Part shown: positions 1 through 13,761 of the stretch, piece after piece
Position numbering within the stretch: the first letter of the stretch is position 1
How the letters are laid out: each line of letters begins with the position of its first letter
Source: Paragordius varius
Lineage: Eukaryota; Animalia; Nematomorpha
DNA length: 64,000 nucleotides
Reading direction: 5' to 3'
Assembly (NCBI GenBank): GCA_964247055.1
Contig: OZ176051.1
Location: forward strand, 11,408,001-11,472,000
Program-made: the position numbers and the translations under genes
Notes under the pieces: model-generated
Told to the model about the DNA's origin: nothing
What the model saw: the letters and a program-made list of their open reading frames with translations, nothing else
The model's database searches: none

Positions 1-1959
1 CAAAAACCACTCGCCTCGCGGGTTTGTCGTTCCATTAACTGCAAAACATATTGGCATGCATCTATAGAGTTTTCATTACTCTTTCGAATGATATATTACA
101 AATGGGCATTTGTTGTATATTTTTAGAGAAAAACATTTTTTAACAAAATTTTGAAAAAGAGGGCGCATAATCATAAAAAATCAATTTATATAAATATCTT
201 AGGTAAAAATGATTATTAATTCGGATTTACAGTTGAAATGATAGTAAATATAAGAAGACAAAAATCGAGCGGCAGAAAAATTTGTTGTCTACTGTTATAA
301 TATGTGGAATGAAACATTTAGCTTTAAGTAAAAAATAATATAGAATTTTTTTCGCTATTGAATAATACAAAAATGGTAATGCTTTCGTAAATAACTTGAA
401 AGGAATAATAATTAAAGTATAGAAGCATTCATTTATTATATTTTTTAAACCACCTCGATTCTGTGTGTCATATGCAACAAGACCGCGAAAATCGAAATTA
501 TGTTTAAATTCTCTATCCAAAAATAGATGGATTTTACACCCTAGTCCGCATTATTTTAATTTAATAATGAAGTTCAGGATTATTTTTTGTAATAATTGTC
601 AAAAAACTAAACTACAGAATATAAAAAAATTCTATGGAATTACAATATAGAAAATTAACAGCCCAAATATTTGATTAACACTTGGATACAACACATTCCT
701 TTTAGTCCTTTGATTTAAATTTGGGGTAGTTAAATACCACAAGCTTGTTTAAATTTATATTCTTTAAAAATATGGAAGGAATCGAAAGCATGGCAAAATT
801 TTGCACTTATATAACATTAATGAACCGAAATATATAAAAAAATTTATTCAAAAATACTTGATATTACTTATTTTAAACTCCGAAAGGTAAATATTTGGTC
901 AACGTGACATGTTTGCAATGGTAAAATTGAAAAATAACACAAAATAAACCGCTTTTTCTATTTCTATCAATGTTTGATGTAATATATATAAATTGGCTTT
1001 AATTTTACCCTTAAAATTAAATGAGGATGATATTTTGCAAAAATTTTATAAAATAAAAATGGCGTTGAAGTAGTTTGACATGGAACTTTTTTCAAAACAA
1101 AATTTTATTAAGATATTTTGGCATATTTATATGATTTTTATTAGGACAAAAGCATATATTTAAATTGTGACCGTTTCCTTCAGTAGTTTAAAAATCCTAA
1201 CTCAATTTGAATCGAAGTGTTAATACTACGAGTCATCTAATCCTTATTTTATTTTTTTTTATTTAAAAACAGCCAACCATAAATTTAAATCACAAATTAT
1301 AATGGTTATTAAATATGTTATTTTAAATTAAGCTTATGATAGTTAATTTCATTTTAATTAAAAGATAGACTAATAAATGTGAAAAGCTAAAATTAGCATT
1401 TAGTACACTTAATTAAAAAACGAATTACACTTTCAAGGAAAGTATTTACTTTAACACCTAATTATTTGGTAATATATATTTCAGTTCCACAGCAAATATA
1501 AACTATGAAAATATTGGACAAATTTAAAAATATACACATGGCTTATCAGGGGCATTACATATAAATATGTAAAAATCATCATCTCAAAGTTTTGGCGCTA
1601 AATTTTAAAATCAAAAGTACCCGAAATTTGGTTTAAATTAAGTGTAAATTATTAAAAGCAGTTTTTAATAATTTATCATTTTATAGCCGTTCCATACAGG
1701 GAGTTAAAATTTGGACCAAACTTAAAAAGCTACTTTTTCTATATATGTTTTTGATGTTAAACAATCATATTAATTTTAAAAATTCTATATTTTAGGGCTG
1801 ATCCGAAACAATACTTTATACAAAAATATAAAGGAGGTTAGGGGTTAAATTTGATGCAATTTATTCAACAGATTTTTTACTATTATGGTATAAAAAAAAT
1901 TTTGGACTATATAAAATTGACATATAATTAGATTTAATCAGATATATTTATTTAATGAT

Positions 1960-2488
1960 TTAAAACCGTAATTTAGTAAAAAACCATCGATTTTTTCCAG
2001 TTTTATGACGTTCTTCTAATTTTCTTTTGCAATCACTCAATGCCTTTTTCTTCAATGCCGGATCATTCAGTGCGTTTTTATTAACTAAATTTTTACTGAC
2101 AGAAAGATCCACCGAATATCTGTAAAAATGGAAATATTTAGTCACAGCAGATAAAAATATTTAAGATCAAAATGACTATACCTTGTAGGGAGTAAATGGT
2201 TATAGTTATATATTTTAATAAAAGGTTTAATTTTCATTCGCTTTTCAGTTTTCTTCTTACCCATCTTGCGAGTTATTTTCCTTGGATATTTATCGATCCC
2301 CAAAACTAATGCGTGGGGATGAGGTCTATCCTGGGTAGGCTCATCAAATTGCTATTATATATAAAAATATTAAAATGATATATTAAGATTAAGAAAATAA
2401 ATTATACCCGCACAATAATAGCTTTTCTGCCAGCAAAACGTCCTCCCAAAATCAAAACCACCTTTCCTGATTTCATAATCTTGCCCAT
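1960..2488 (-). CDS. RPL27: 60S ribosomal protein L27 (eL27); coding exons 2488-2408, 2351-2182, 2119-1960; 136 aa
   Basis: The spliced translation [61 protein letters not shown]...[14 protein letters not shown]...DPALKKKA...[18 protein letters not shown] matches the eL27 family along its whole length. Introns are GT-AG (56 and 62 nt) with compatible phases. Confidence 0.97.
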
Positions 2489-2792
2489 GTTGAAAGCAGC
2501 TGGTTAAGCGGATAGACGGTTGATTTGATAAATTACCTATGTATTATTCTAATTAAAAATTATACTCCTTGATCCTCAGTCCTAATTAATTTTATTTTTA
2601 TCAGTCATTCCTCCTAAATTATTTTTGATATTATTACTTTATAACTATGTAAATGCAATTAATTTGTTTACAATAACATTTACATAAAATTAATTAATTT
2701 AAAGTTCAAATAGGTGAACATTAACCTTTATAATGCTAAGCTTTTAAAAATCACTTATATAAGTAGCATTTTCAATACAAAGATTAAGCATT

Positions 2793-5700
2793 ATGGCAAT
2801 TTTAATAAAAATATTGATTCTTGTGACAATTATTCGATTGAGCAACTCCTATATCGATGAAAACATAAACTACTGTTTGTCGTTACCATGGTACAATAAT
2901 TGCCTGTTGAATCAAGTATTTGAATCGCCAAAGTAACTATAATTATTTTGTAATAGATATGATACCTATTCAAACACCATAACTAATATAGTTAAAAAAA
3001 TTTCATTTGATTCCCAAATGATTAAACTATTAACAATGGATTTATTTTTCAAAAAACCACATCAACACTTTTTGACCCTTTTAATTTAGTCCTAGCGGAT
3101 ATAGATACTTTTTTATTCCAGAGGGAAAAAAATGTTAAAAATTGAAGATATTAGGCCAAATTTGAAACATGTTATCTTCTTAAGTGTTTAAGGCGCATAC
3201 CCACTATTTTTTAATAAAAATGTAAAATTCTAACTCACAGTCTTTTTCAGGGCCATTTTTTCTTAAATTTTTTTTAATTCGGTAATGCAACAGCTACATA
3301 AAATATATATTATGGTTAAGAAATAGTAATAAACAACTTTAGAAACGACTTCCGGCAAAATATACATAAAAAACTTTATTTTTGATTATCCGCAGTTCGT
3401 AATCCTGTTGCTGTGCCAATTTTACACACAAAAAATTATAAAGTAATAATATAGGCTAATATAATAGATGAAATCTATGTTTAAATTAAAAAACTCATAA
3501 AAAGTTTCAAACGGTAATAATTACCAAAAAGACCTCTATATTAAATTTTCCCAATATAACTACAAAAAGTGCAAAGGGGATAAAATGTTGATCTACCATT
3601 ATAAAAGCTTATATAAGAGGATATAAATGAAAAATTAAATGTAAAAATATTATTAGAATGATTATACAATTCATAAAAAATAATCTGTAATTCCGATAGA
3701 AAAATATATTAAATTTATCATGCTGCTTTTAGTTTAGGCCCTTACGAGTCCTTTAAGGAAAATATATTTTGTAGTAAATGCTCCATATCAGAAAATAATT
3801 TGCGCAAATCTTATGAATTAATTTTTTTGTTTTGCTCATTTCTTAATATCACTAAAATTAATAATAAACTACCTATAAAATGCAAAACAATATTCTTAAA
3901 ATTATTTAATTTTTAGATGTAGGGTCCGAAAATCCCAAATATTTTTGCTCTTTTGAATAGGCTGGTGATCTTAAAATAAACGCAAAAATGCCGGATCTGC
4001 ATGATGAAATTTTTAAATATATGCCAAATTTCGATAACAGCATTTATAAAAGAATGCTTTCAAATTTTTATAAGTTATTTTTTTGTATTAATTGCTTCAT
4101 TTTTAAAATACATTAAAATATTTAATGAACTAGCTATAAAAGGCAAGATTATCTTTAAAAATAAAAAATTTTTATATGTAGGCTCCGAAAGTCCCATATT
4201 TTTAGTCTTTCAAATGGGTACTTCTTGTAAAATAAAAAATGCCGGGACTGCGTGATAAAATTTTTAATGCCAAATTTCGATATCAAATTATTTAAAGCAT
4301 ACTTTTTTCAAAAATTTTGATTTTAAAATTTTGTTAAAGCGTACTTCATACTATTATGAGGCATGATGAACACGGTTTAAAAATGCTTTAAATATAAAAC
4401 AATTTGTATACGATGGTACTGAACATTTTCACCTCGAAATTTTATTTTAATTGTTTGTTCGTCTTCAAATTTATATTCAATCAAATGTATCATTTCAATA
4501 GAATTAAATTTTGAAATAAAGGAACCTAAAAATTAAAATCCGGAAAGATTAAACTTTCAGCAGCATAAAAATAAGAAAAGATGGTTTTTAATTATCTTAA
4601 ACGTTTTTATACGATTTCCATCTGGCCTATAGTAGGAAGTAGGATATTTTAACAATTTGTCCAAAATTTTCTCTCGAAGAATATGTTCTAAAAATATATT
4701 TAATTATTAAAATTTAGCATATATTTAAAAATTTTATTGCACTATGCATTTTTGCGATTATTTTAATAGAACCGGCTCGTTATAAGGAAAAGAGTGGCAT
4801 TTTCGGAGCCAACCTCTAAAAATTAAAATATTATAAAAGTACTGTTTTCATCATATTGTGTTAGTAATTTTTTTGGGATGAAGCCTTTAGGTTTCATCAA
4901 AAAAGTTATTACAAAAAAATAAGGTCAAATTTTGCCATTTTCTGATATGGATGACGCACAAAAGTGTAAATAACTTTTGACTCGCTAGAGTCAGAACCTA
5001 AAGCACCATGATAATCCTGTTTCCGTCAGAATATATTTATTTTATCGATGGCCGATTACAATGTGTATATTATCTCAGTAAATTTTAGATTTTGTTTTAA
5101 ATCAAACAATAATGGCGATTCTATTTTTGCGTTTATCGGATTATGCCAGTATTAATTTTATTGTTAAATGTTTAGAGGAATTAGACTTAGAAAAATAAGG
5201 GACAATGGTTGAATTAGTAATATTCTATATATGTAGCTTAAATTGTAGCCATTAGGTTATTCCATATAAGAAAAATCCATTTACTTTGGATGTTTTGTTA
5301 TGCATCGATGTTATATTTAATTGTGTTTAATTTCTATATATTATTAATTAATTCATTGTCAAGATTAAGTTCGTCAACTACTTTACCTACCTTTTAAGGA
5401 AGTTTTATAAAGAGGCATTTAAAATTTAAATATTTTAAAAAGTATTTAAGATAACAAGCTGAATTTTTATTTTTTATTTTAGGCCTATTATTCAAAAAAT
5501 AAATTAAAATATATAATTGGAAAGTCCTCATCTCAAACTTTTTTGGCGCGATTTTTTTTATGATTTTTCTTGAACGCTAATGCAACAGGCAAATAAAATG
5601 GTTAAGTAATGTAATAGTTGATTATAAAAGTTTTCAGGGTACATTTTACCATTATAAACCTGTATGTTGATTTTAATTTTTCCATCGTTTTTGGAGCTGT

Positions 5701-8700
5701 CCCAATTTTAGACTCTAGAAGTCACAAAACTGTAGAAAATATTAGCTTTTTATCTAATACATACTTGATAATTAAATTTTACTAAGATTACTTTTAAAAC
5801 AATAAATTAAGCTCTGGGATAAATTGTAATAGGACAAAAAGGGTAATGCTGTGTTATTTTGTATAAGGCATGGGAACATAATTTGCATAACATATATATG
5901 GATAAACATAAATCATTTATTTAAAAGAGGCATTTTTTAAATTTCTAATTTTATCATCTGGGGGATCTAACTTAAATGGTGTCGCGGACTGAATTTTACA
6001 CTCATAAAACTCAGCGGGCAGCATTTACGTTATATGGGCAATTTTTGAATATTTTTTAGATTTCATGAAACTGTAAAATGAACACAATAATTTCTAGTTT
6101 GACAAAATTGGATAGACTGATTCGGAAATTAGTTTAAGATATTTAATCTTATTGAGTTTGTGTGAGCATATTTTTGCCTCATATTAATTTCCAATTTTAT
6201 CGAATCGCGTGTTTGACTCCTCTGTCATAAACTATATTATTTAATTATTTCTGTATCATATAGATAATGTGAACGTTAAATTTAACAGCATATATAATTT
6301 TTGGAATCCATGAAGTTATCGCCCCTTTAAAACAAGTGTTAATTTTAAATTTTTTACAATAAACTTTAGCAATTTGTCCACTTATCCGTGTGTACATAAA
6401 AATGGAAACCTTGTAATAAGCATCCCTCAACATATTTACATTGATGTACGACATATTCGTTACACATTTCACTTTGGAGAGCGCCTGATGTTTTGGAATC
6501 ATATTGAAACATCGTTTAGGCCTCGGGTATGAAAAAGTTAAAATCAATACTTTAAATTAGGGTGGGTTTTTAGCACTCCATTACTTGGGGTAAATTTGTG
6601 TTCCAAAACGTTTTGAAAAATGTTTGAAAGTATTTAAAAAATTAATTTTTTAGGCGCATTATATAAATTTCTTAAAAATATAAAATTGTAATATTCATCA
6701 AATAATTTTTTTGCCGTCATTTTTTTTAAATGTTTTTGATCTCTAATGCAACAATAAAATGTTTATGGTTAGAATTACAGGTTAAGTTTTACCAGGAAAA
6801 CTTGTCTGATTTTCATGTCAGCTGTTTGTTTCAATCGTGTTTTGGAGCTGGCCCAATTTTAAACTCTTTGGTCACAAAACTGAAATTATAAGTTTTTTAT
6901 CTAATAGTTAACGAACAATGTTTGATCATTAACAATAAAATATCAAAATATTATTCGGTCTCAGCGCTTACATAGTTTTGACCAGTCTCTGCCAAAAATT
7001 ATGGAACTAAAATCAAAATTATCCTTTATTTATTGGTATATTATAAGTTGTGACAAAAAATAATAGATATTTTTTAATATTTATTATATAAAACCAAGTC
7101 GTTTAATAAAATTAATATGGCGTGATAATATAGAATATGAGGTGTTTTAAAGTCCCACACTCCCGATCGGATGCATTTAAATGCGATAGATTCTAAACTC
7201 TCAACAAAACACTTTATGCTTTATAAAAAAGTTATCATATATGTTTCCACTCGTTGTCCTATAGATCCACAAAAAAATATTTTTAAAGTAGGAGAATATA
7301 TAATTTTAATAAGAATAAACACGGAAGCCCCGTTCTCAACGTTATTTCTGTAAACAGTAAAATACCTAAAGAATTTCCGAACGAATAAATATTATATAAT
7401 TGTTGCTAAATATTTATTTTTTTTGTTTTTGGCTATAACCCTATTGCAATATCTCAGTAATAAATGTTTTAAAACCCAAATTATATCGTAGTTCCCAGAT
7501 GTTGTGTTAACATTAACAGGGATTGGATACAGTTTGGTTTTTAAACCATCTTTGGGAATCAAGTCATAAATCGTTATTAAAATTTCCACAAGAAGGAGAA
7601 AATAGCCAAAAAAAGAATTAAAAAATTTGTAATCTTAGTTTTTTTCTTTAAATTTAAATTATCTTTCTGTCGCATTTTATATCGGACAATTTAAGTAATA
7701 TCGCATTTATATTATAAAATAACATGCTATAATTTTTAACCAAAATTACCCTTTCAAAATATTTCACAATTTGGCAACCCAATCCCCATTTTAGATGCCT
7801 CATATTTAAAATTAATTCTGTATTAACTTAAAATAGATTTAAATTCCTCATTATATAAAGATAACTGTTATAAATCCTTACTTGCTAAGAATGACAACTT
7901 CGAAATTTTTCAAATATTAAAGCCGCATTTTTCGACGTTATATTTGATATGATTTGATTATTTATTTTATATATTTAGTATTATGTCGATGTTCCGTATT
8001 CAGACTTACGCGCTTTAATATGTTCAGACAAAGATTCAGAAATAAATATGACTTATGGAAACCTAACTGTTATAGGGAAAAGAGATTGCGTCTTTAACTT
8101 TACACATCAGTACACGGTTCCGTTGATATTGAAAAATCGAATCCAAAAAGTATGTTTGCTAAAATTAGTTATCAATAGAACATGATTCAAATACATTTAC
8201 TTGCACATTTTTATTTACATAGAATTGATTAGATATTTCATTAATTATTTGATGGAAACTTAAATAGTTCGTTATAGAGTATTTATAACATAATTTAGTC
8301 AAGCGACTATCTTATTAAGTCGTTTTGTTCCGTAATCGATATAATTTAAATATATTTGCTCTATATTTAGATGCGTGTCTTACAAACTTCAGGGAATGGC
8401 ATTAAAATTTACGAATTTTATGAGAATTTTACCCTAGATATGGGTTATGTTTTAACAGGACCAGCCCACCTTCTTCTAATTGGTATGATGTTTAGCACCA
8501 ATACACAGGGTACAGGAAGGCATGGTAGTTTACCTGAAGAAAATCCGGATTTAAATATTGAAATTGAATGTCCTAAATATCTTGCTGTAGGATTTGTTTT
8601 AATCTAGAATTTTGTTAGTTTTAAAGATGTATTTATTAGTTGTTTTGAACCGGTTCAAAAAAAAGCGGAACTGACACCGGGCTGGTTTCTGGGACATTGG

Positions 8701-9718
8701 AACCGGAACCGGCCTGGTTGTTCCTGAAATTTAAAAATGGAACCGGGGTGGTACCATTTAGGCTTGGCTTCTTAAAAACTTGGTGGTTCCGAAACCGGAT
8801 CTTTCCATGGTTCTATTTTGGTTTCAAACTTTAAATTAAATGATTTTCTTTTTTATTTTAACATTAACCAAAATATATACAATTGTAAATCAAAACATAA
8901 TCTTTAGAAAAGTTAACCAAATATATATATGTACAAAGGTAGTTAATTATAAGTGCATTTGTATTAACTATCGCATCCCTGAAGGGAATCTTTATTTGAG
9001 TGTAATAAATGATTGTACGAATAATTCAGTCAAAATATTTTCCGATCTGAATATATAAATAGCATGAAAAGTTTTTACTATATTGTGGCCGTAATATGTA
9101 GCGCTAATATAACCTTACATGAGAAATTTGTGGCCAAAAAATCTAAGGGCCTCATGCTGCTTGTGGGCCACAATTCGAAAACCTCTGATATATAGTGACC
9201 TTTTTTCTGTTAGGGATAATTGATTATTAACGCTATAGTTTATGGTTATACCAAATTAATTAATTTATGAGAAAAATATCCTTAATCTATAAATTAAATA
9301 AATATACGTAAATAACTAGGCTTGTAATTCTCTTCAAGCGTTAAAGGTATATATTAAAAAATGCCAACGTAGTAATTCAATATCAATTAGATACAAGAAA
9401 TAAATGTATCAAAAACTAATTCTTTTTAAAAACAATATTTAATCAACAAATTTTAAAATTATGATGGTCGCGCCCTTTGGATGGGAAGAAATCATACAAT
9501 CAGTCTTAAATAATAATTTAAACAATTTTTTTTATTTTTAAAAAACCATATGGGGAACCACTTATTTTGGAGTAGAATCTGAATTGAACTGCTCAACGGT
9601 TAAAACTAGAAGCTGGCTTCAAGAATTTTAAGATAGAACCGGAACAGGTTCCTATTGACATCAAAACCGGTTTCTGGTTTTATCTGGTTTTGGTTAGAGG
9701 CTCTGCTATTTATCATCA

Positions 9719-9768
<50 letters not shown>

Positions 9769-12304
9769 ATTTAGCTACGCAACAATTACCGGAATATTTG
9801 GCGATAGATTCAAACGGTAAAATTGTCAATTATATTATATTTTCATTGTTTTTTGTCAATGAGGAATAAAAAGGGTTAAATCAGATATTTTATTAAATAT
9901 ATTCCTTGAAATGAATTTTACTATTTATATTATTTTGTAAAGAGCTATTCGTCCATGCCTATAACATGTGCCAAAAAATAGACAAATCCGGTATTTATAA
10001 TCTTATGCTGGACAATGAGGCAACATCTTGGCTTAAGTATGTAAATAGTTTTAATAAGCGTTTGAGAGATGTGTGTAGTTCAAGTTTTATAAAATTGATG
10101 TATGATTTTTTAACAGTGTGTTTAAATAAATTTTTTACGATATTTCCTATGTACTATCTTAAATTATAGATATGTACCCATATACTATGACGAGGTTAGC
10201 CCATCATTTTACCTTATACACATCAAATACGTTGCATCCATCTTTCTACGACGTATTATGGAAAATATTGTGTTCCTTATGTTTCCATCCTTTGATAATA
10301 TAGCAGAAATAATTTCACATTACACTAACTTTGATCAAACCATTTATAATTCGGTCCTTAGTTTATTTATAAATATCTCATAGATTTTAGTAAATCATCT
10401 TTAAAATTTAGAATTTAGGTTTTACGCACAAATTAATTAGTTTTCACGGTAGAATTGATTCTTTTAGGCATATTGGCTTTGCTTATAAATTGGCCATTAA
10501 AAAATGACTTTATTGATAATTAATTTATTATTGCTAGTTAAGGCTAAAAAGGGTAAATTTAATCATGGTATATATTCCAAATGACAAATAATATGATGGT
10601 TTACATGTAAAAATTTTAATATTTATTTTAGATTACCGTAAATGTCAATCCCAAATTCTTGTCAACCTGTGAAATATTACTCATTAATTTCAAAACTGGC
10701 TCATTTATGATTTTTAATACACGCCTTGATCAACATGTAAATTTTATTACATATATATATAACATGCATTTACATAATTTTTCACCAATTGGCAATACAG
10801 TAGCATATGGGTAAAAAGAACAAATGGTAAAATTACAATTTTTTCTGTAATATTTAATGAATGTTGATTATGGACAAAATTTGTTTTATAAAATACGTTA
10901 ATGTATTTCCAATTGGCCAACATTGATGCGTGCATACTGTATTTTATTTTAAAAGTTTTGTTCTTATATAACCAATTATTAAATCGCTTAAATGAGTTAT
11001 TGTTAAAATATAACCAAAAGAGCCAAGAGATTGTGAAATCAGAATTTTTATGATGGGGTAAATTATTACATTGGCACAATCAAAGGTGTCCTATAAACGT
11101 TAAAACAATCAAAAATTATGAAAACACTTCCTCTAATTAATACCACGCCACAAATTTTTAATTAAATAGTGGAGTTGTTATTATATGTTCGATTATTAAC
11201 TTTTAATATATTTGAATTTCCCAGCAAACTTTCTGTAGAAATGTGTTTTAAAATTTTGCCAGTTATAACGCTTCAAAAAAGCATAAATTATGATAATTTT
11301 CTGAATGTTTAATCGCATAGTAATTAAATTAGAGTGTATCAACATTGAAAGAAATAAACCGGAAGTTAAATAAAAAGCAATGCTTTGTCTTGAAAATTAG
11401 ATGACTAATATATTGACGAAATAATTTATTTATAACTGTTTTGAATTTTCTAATAATTTTCACTGGCTCTCTGGGTTCAGTTATAAAAGCACATCTTAGA
11501 TTTTAAGATATTCTTAAAAACACAATTTTCCACACAGAATTATATATGTTGTTGGGGATGAATATTTGTGGTTATATAAAGACATTCATTATTAAATAAA
11601 CTAGGAGTTTAAAACTAATATTAAGATATTTCCATACATTTTACAATATTTAATTTCCCATATTACTAATTTTAAAAAATAAATCAATTCATGCAAACTT
11701 CCTTTTATCACTTAACAAATATAGTGACAAGATTTTTCCAATCTACTCTTTAGTAAAACCCCGGTCCTTAACAAATGACGTTGAAAAACAAGAGTTTAGT
11801 ATTTTTATCATTCAAAAACAGGCCGCCACATATTGATTTTAAAAAATTTGAATGATCATTTATGTCGCATAAATAGGATATTCGATGAAAATGGTATAGC
11901 GTTTTTAAATGTCTGTTAATTGTAATAGTATCGTTCTAACACAAAGATGTCCCCAACATTTAAAATGATTGGAGTGGCTTCTAAGCCTGCATAAATATGT
12001 GCATTTTATGAATATATAAATATAGATCCGAGTTAGCCAATTCATAGCACCGAACTCAAGTTCTGTCCTCGTATATATGACAATGCACGATAAACCTGTG
12101 AATACTAGTAATTCTGAATATAATCACAATCAAGGCAGACAATATATGCTGTATAATGATATGACATTGTATAAAGTATCGTGTCCTACCGTACCCAATA
12201 CATCACCGGCTGATTATATAGATTTGGCTTTTGAAGAGAATGGAGATGGAACTAACAAACCTTTCATTTTTGAAATAAGTAAGAGTCTAGGCATCTGTAC
12301 ATAA
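2793..12304 (+). CDS. Orphan secreted protein of ~405 aa, hand-built 9-exon model (2793-2932, 6370-6526, 7153-7287, 7979-8149, 8371-8482, 9943-10036, 10170-10194, 10632-10736, 12026-12304; possible extra exon ~5089-5148)
   Basis: Each exon is open, bounded by AG/GT, and the phases chain (2,0,0,0,1,2,0,0). The N-terminus MAILIKILILVTIIRLSNS looks like a signal peptide, and there are several N-x-S/T sequons. No family recognised; the link from exon 1 to exon 2 across 3.4 kb is the weakest part. Confidence 0.62.
9724..9766. repeat. (TA)n microsatellite
   Basis: Pure TA run of about 21 units. Confidence 0.95.
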
Positions 12305-12780
12305 TATATACAAAGCACAAATCTTACTATAATTTTAGTTAATGTGATTTTTAGAAATATAAACCAATAAATATATTGCATCCCTATTTGGATATCAAGC
12401 ATGTACAATACAGTAAAATATTTATTTTTCCATCTAAAACTAAATATCATAGTAAAAGCTTAAAATAAATAAAAATAGCGAATCAATCAAAAATTTTCAA
12501 CAAGTTTGCGAAGGAAATCATTGAAGTAAGAGTTTAGGCATCTGTACGTATATATACAAAGCACAAATCCTACTAAGTTATTGTGATTTTTAGAAATATA
12601 AACCAATAAATATATTGGATCCCTATTTGGATATGCTATAACGAATGTTTAATGTTTAACCATGTAAGTACAGTAAAATATTTATTTTTCCATCTAAAAC
12701 TAAATATCATAATAAAAGCTTAAAATAAACATAGCGAATCAATCAAAAATTTTCGACAAGTTTGCGAAGGAAATCATTGA
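12277..12780. repeat. Tandem duplication of a ~250-bp unit between the convergent orphan and granulin genes
   Basis: aagtaagagt(c/t)taggcatctgtac...caagtttgcgaaggaaatcattga occurs twice head to tail (~12277-12524 and ~12525-12780) with high identity. Confidence 0.92.
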
Positions 12781-13317
12781 TAGTTCTCTGTATGTCATCA
12801 TTATTCATCTCGATATTATCCTTGCCGGCTTGAGCTCTATTGCGGCTAATTTTGTCATTTTTTACGCAAGTTTTTTCAGCCACGTTACAAGTATAAGAGC
12901 CAGGACAACAGTGGATATGGTCAGAGCAACATACAGCATTTTCGTATGGGCAACATCCATAGGTTGAAACCTTATTTTTCAAGACTTTAGTTAATTTACG
13001 CGTTTTGGGTTCGGTAGTTTCAAACAGATCATGGTTAATTTTTCGTTTGAAGGAATAATGGTAATTCCGAGAAGCGTTCGCAAGCTCACAACATGTCGTT
13101 TTTTCTGGGCATGTTGATATTTTATCTGTGATAAGAGGATAAAAAATTTATATTAAAATTAAATATAGTATCATAACTTTTTTTGTTAAATCTAAAAATG
13201 TACCTGGGCATTTAATGGAATCGTAAAATTTGTTCAAAATAAAGGATTGACTGTTTGTATTTGGTATTTTGTCATCGAATGTTTGCTCTTGAATTTTGTT
13301 ATCCTAATATAAATAAA

Positions 13318-13382
<65 letters not shown>

Positions 13383-13507
13383 ATTATAAATGGTTGAAAT
13401 GTTACCTCTAAATCCAAATGTATATAATTTAAATGGCCATGCAGACGATTTTGAACAGCAGGGATTAGAGTTGTTAAAATTAGAGAGATTAATACAAAGA
13501 TTTGCAT
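12743..13507 (-). CDS. Secreted single-domain granulin (progranulin family); exons 13507-13406, 13303-13204, 13125-12743; ~194 aa
   Basis: Signal-like start MQIFVLISLILTTLIPAVQN. The spliced product contains all 12 granulin cysteines: CPDKISTCPEKTTCC...YGCCPYENAVCCSDHIHCCPGSYTCNVAEKTC. Introns are GT-AG with phases 0 and 1. Confidence 0.93.
13320..13374. repeat. (TA)n microsatellite in granulin intron 1
   Basis: Pure TA run of about 27 units. Confidence 0.95.
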
Positions 13508-13673
13508 TTTAGGTGAATACAGTTTTGTAAAATTGATAAAGTAAAATACCAAAGTAACGTTTTTACTGGTTTTAGGGCCTTATATAGAATTCAAAGGGGT
13601 ATTATAACTTACTTTTTTATTAATTTATTTTATATTATTATGTAATAATCATTATAATTAATCAATTAAGTTG

Positions 13674-13761
13674 ATGGATGGTTTATTGCTAATCGTATTA
13701 ACGGGACTAATTAATATTTGCTCATTCATGATAGTAAAGATACATAAACTTTTTTTTTCAA
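13674..13761 (+). CDS. Candidate first exon (hydrophobic signal-like peptide) of an unresolved plus-strand gene, head-to-head with granulin
   Basis: ATG...MDGLLLIVLTGLINICSFMIVKIHKLFFS followed by a GTATGG donor. Downstream exons could not be chained. Confidence 0.3.

Noticed and set aside
1-650. ORFs 227..520 and 465..650 and a CVIC motif as a possible transposase remnant
   Set aside because: Too short and low-complexity, with no additional conserved motif, TIR or TSD.
6264-6369. In-frame TGA (6311-6313) in a longer version of the orphan exon, suggesting readthrough or selenocysteine
   Set aside because: An acceptor at 6369 gives a phase-compatible exon without the stop. No SECIS was identified, and TGA is the normal stop of the granulin gene.
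8444-8458. Apparent 13-15-nt GT...AG micro-introns (also ~8483-8495 and ~38070-38084)
   Set aside because: Verified introns here are at least ~55 nt, and the gene models work without them.
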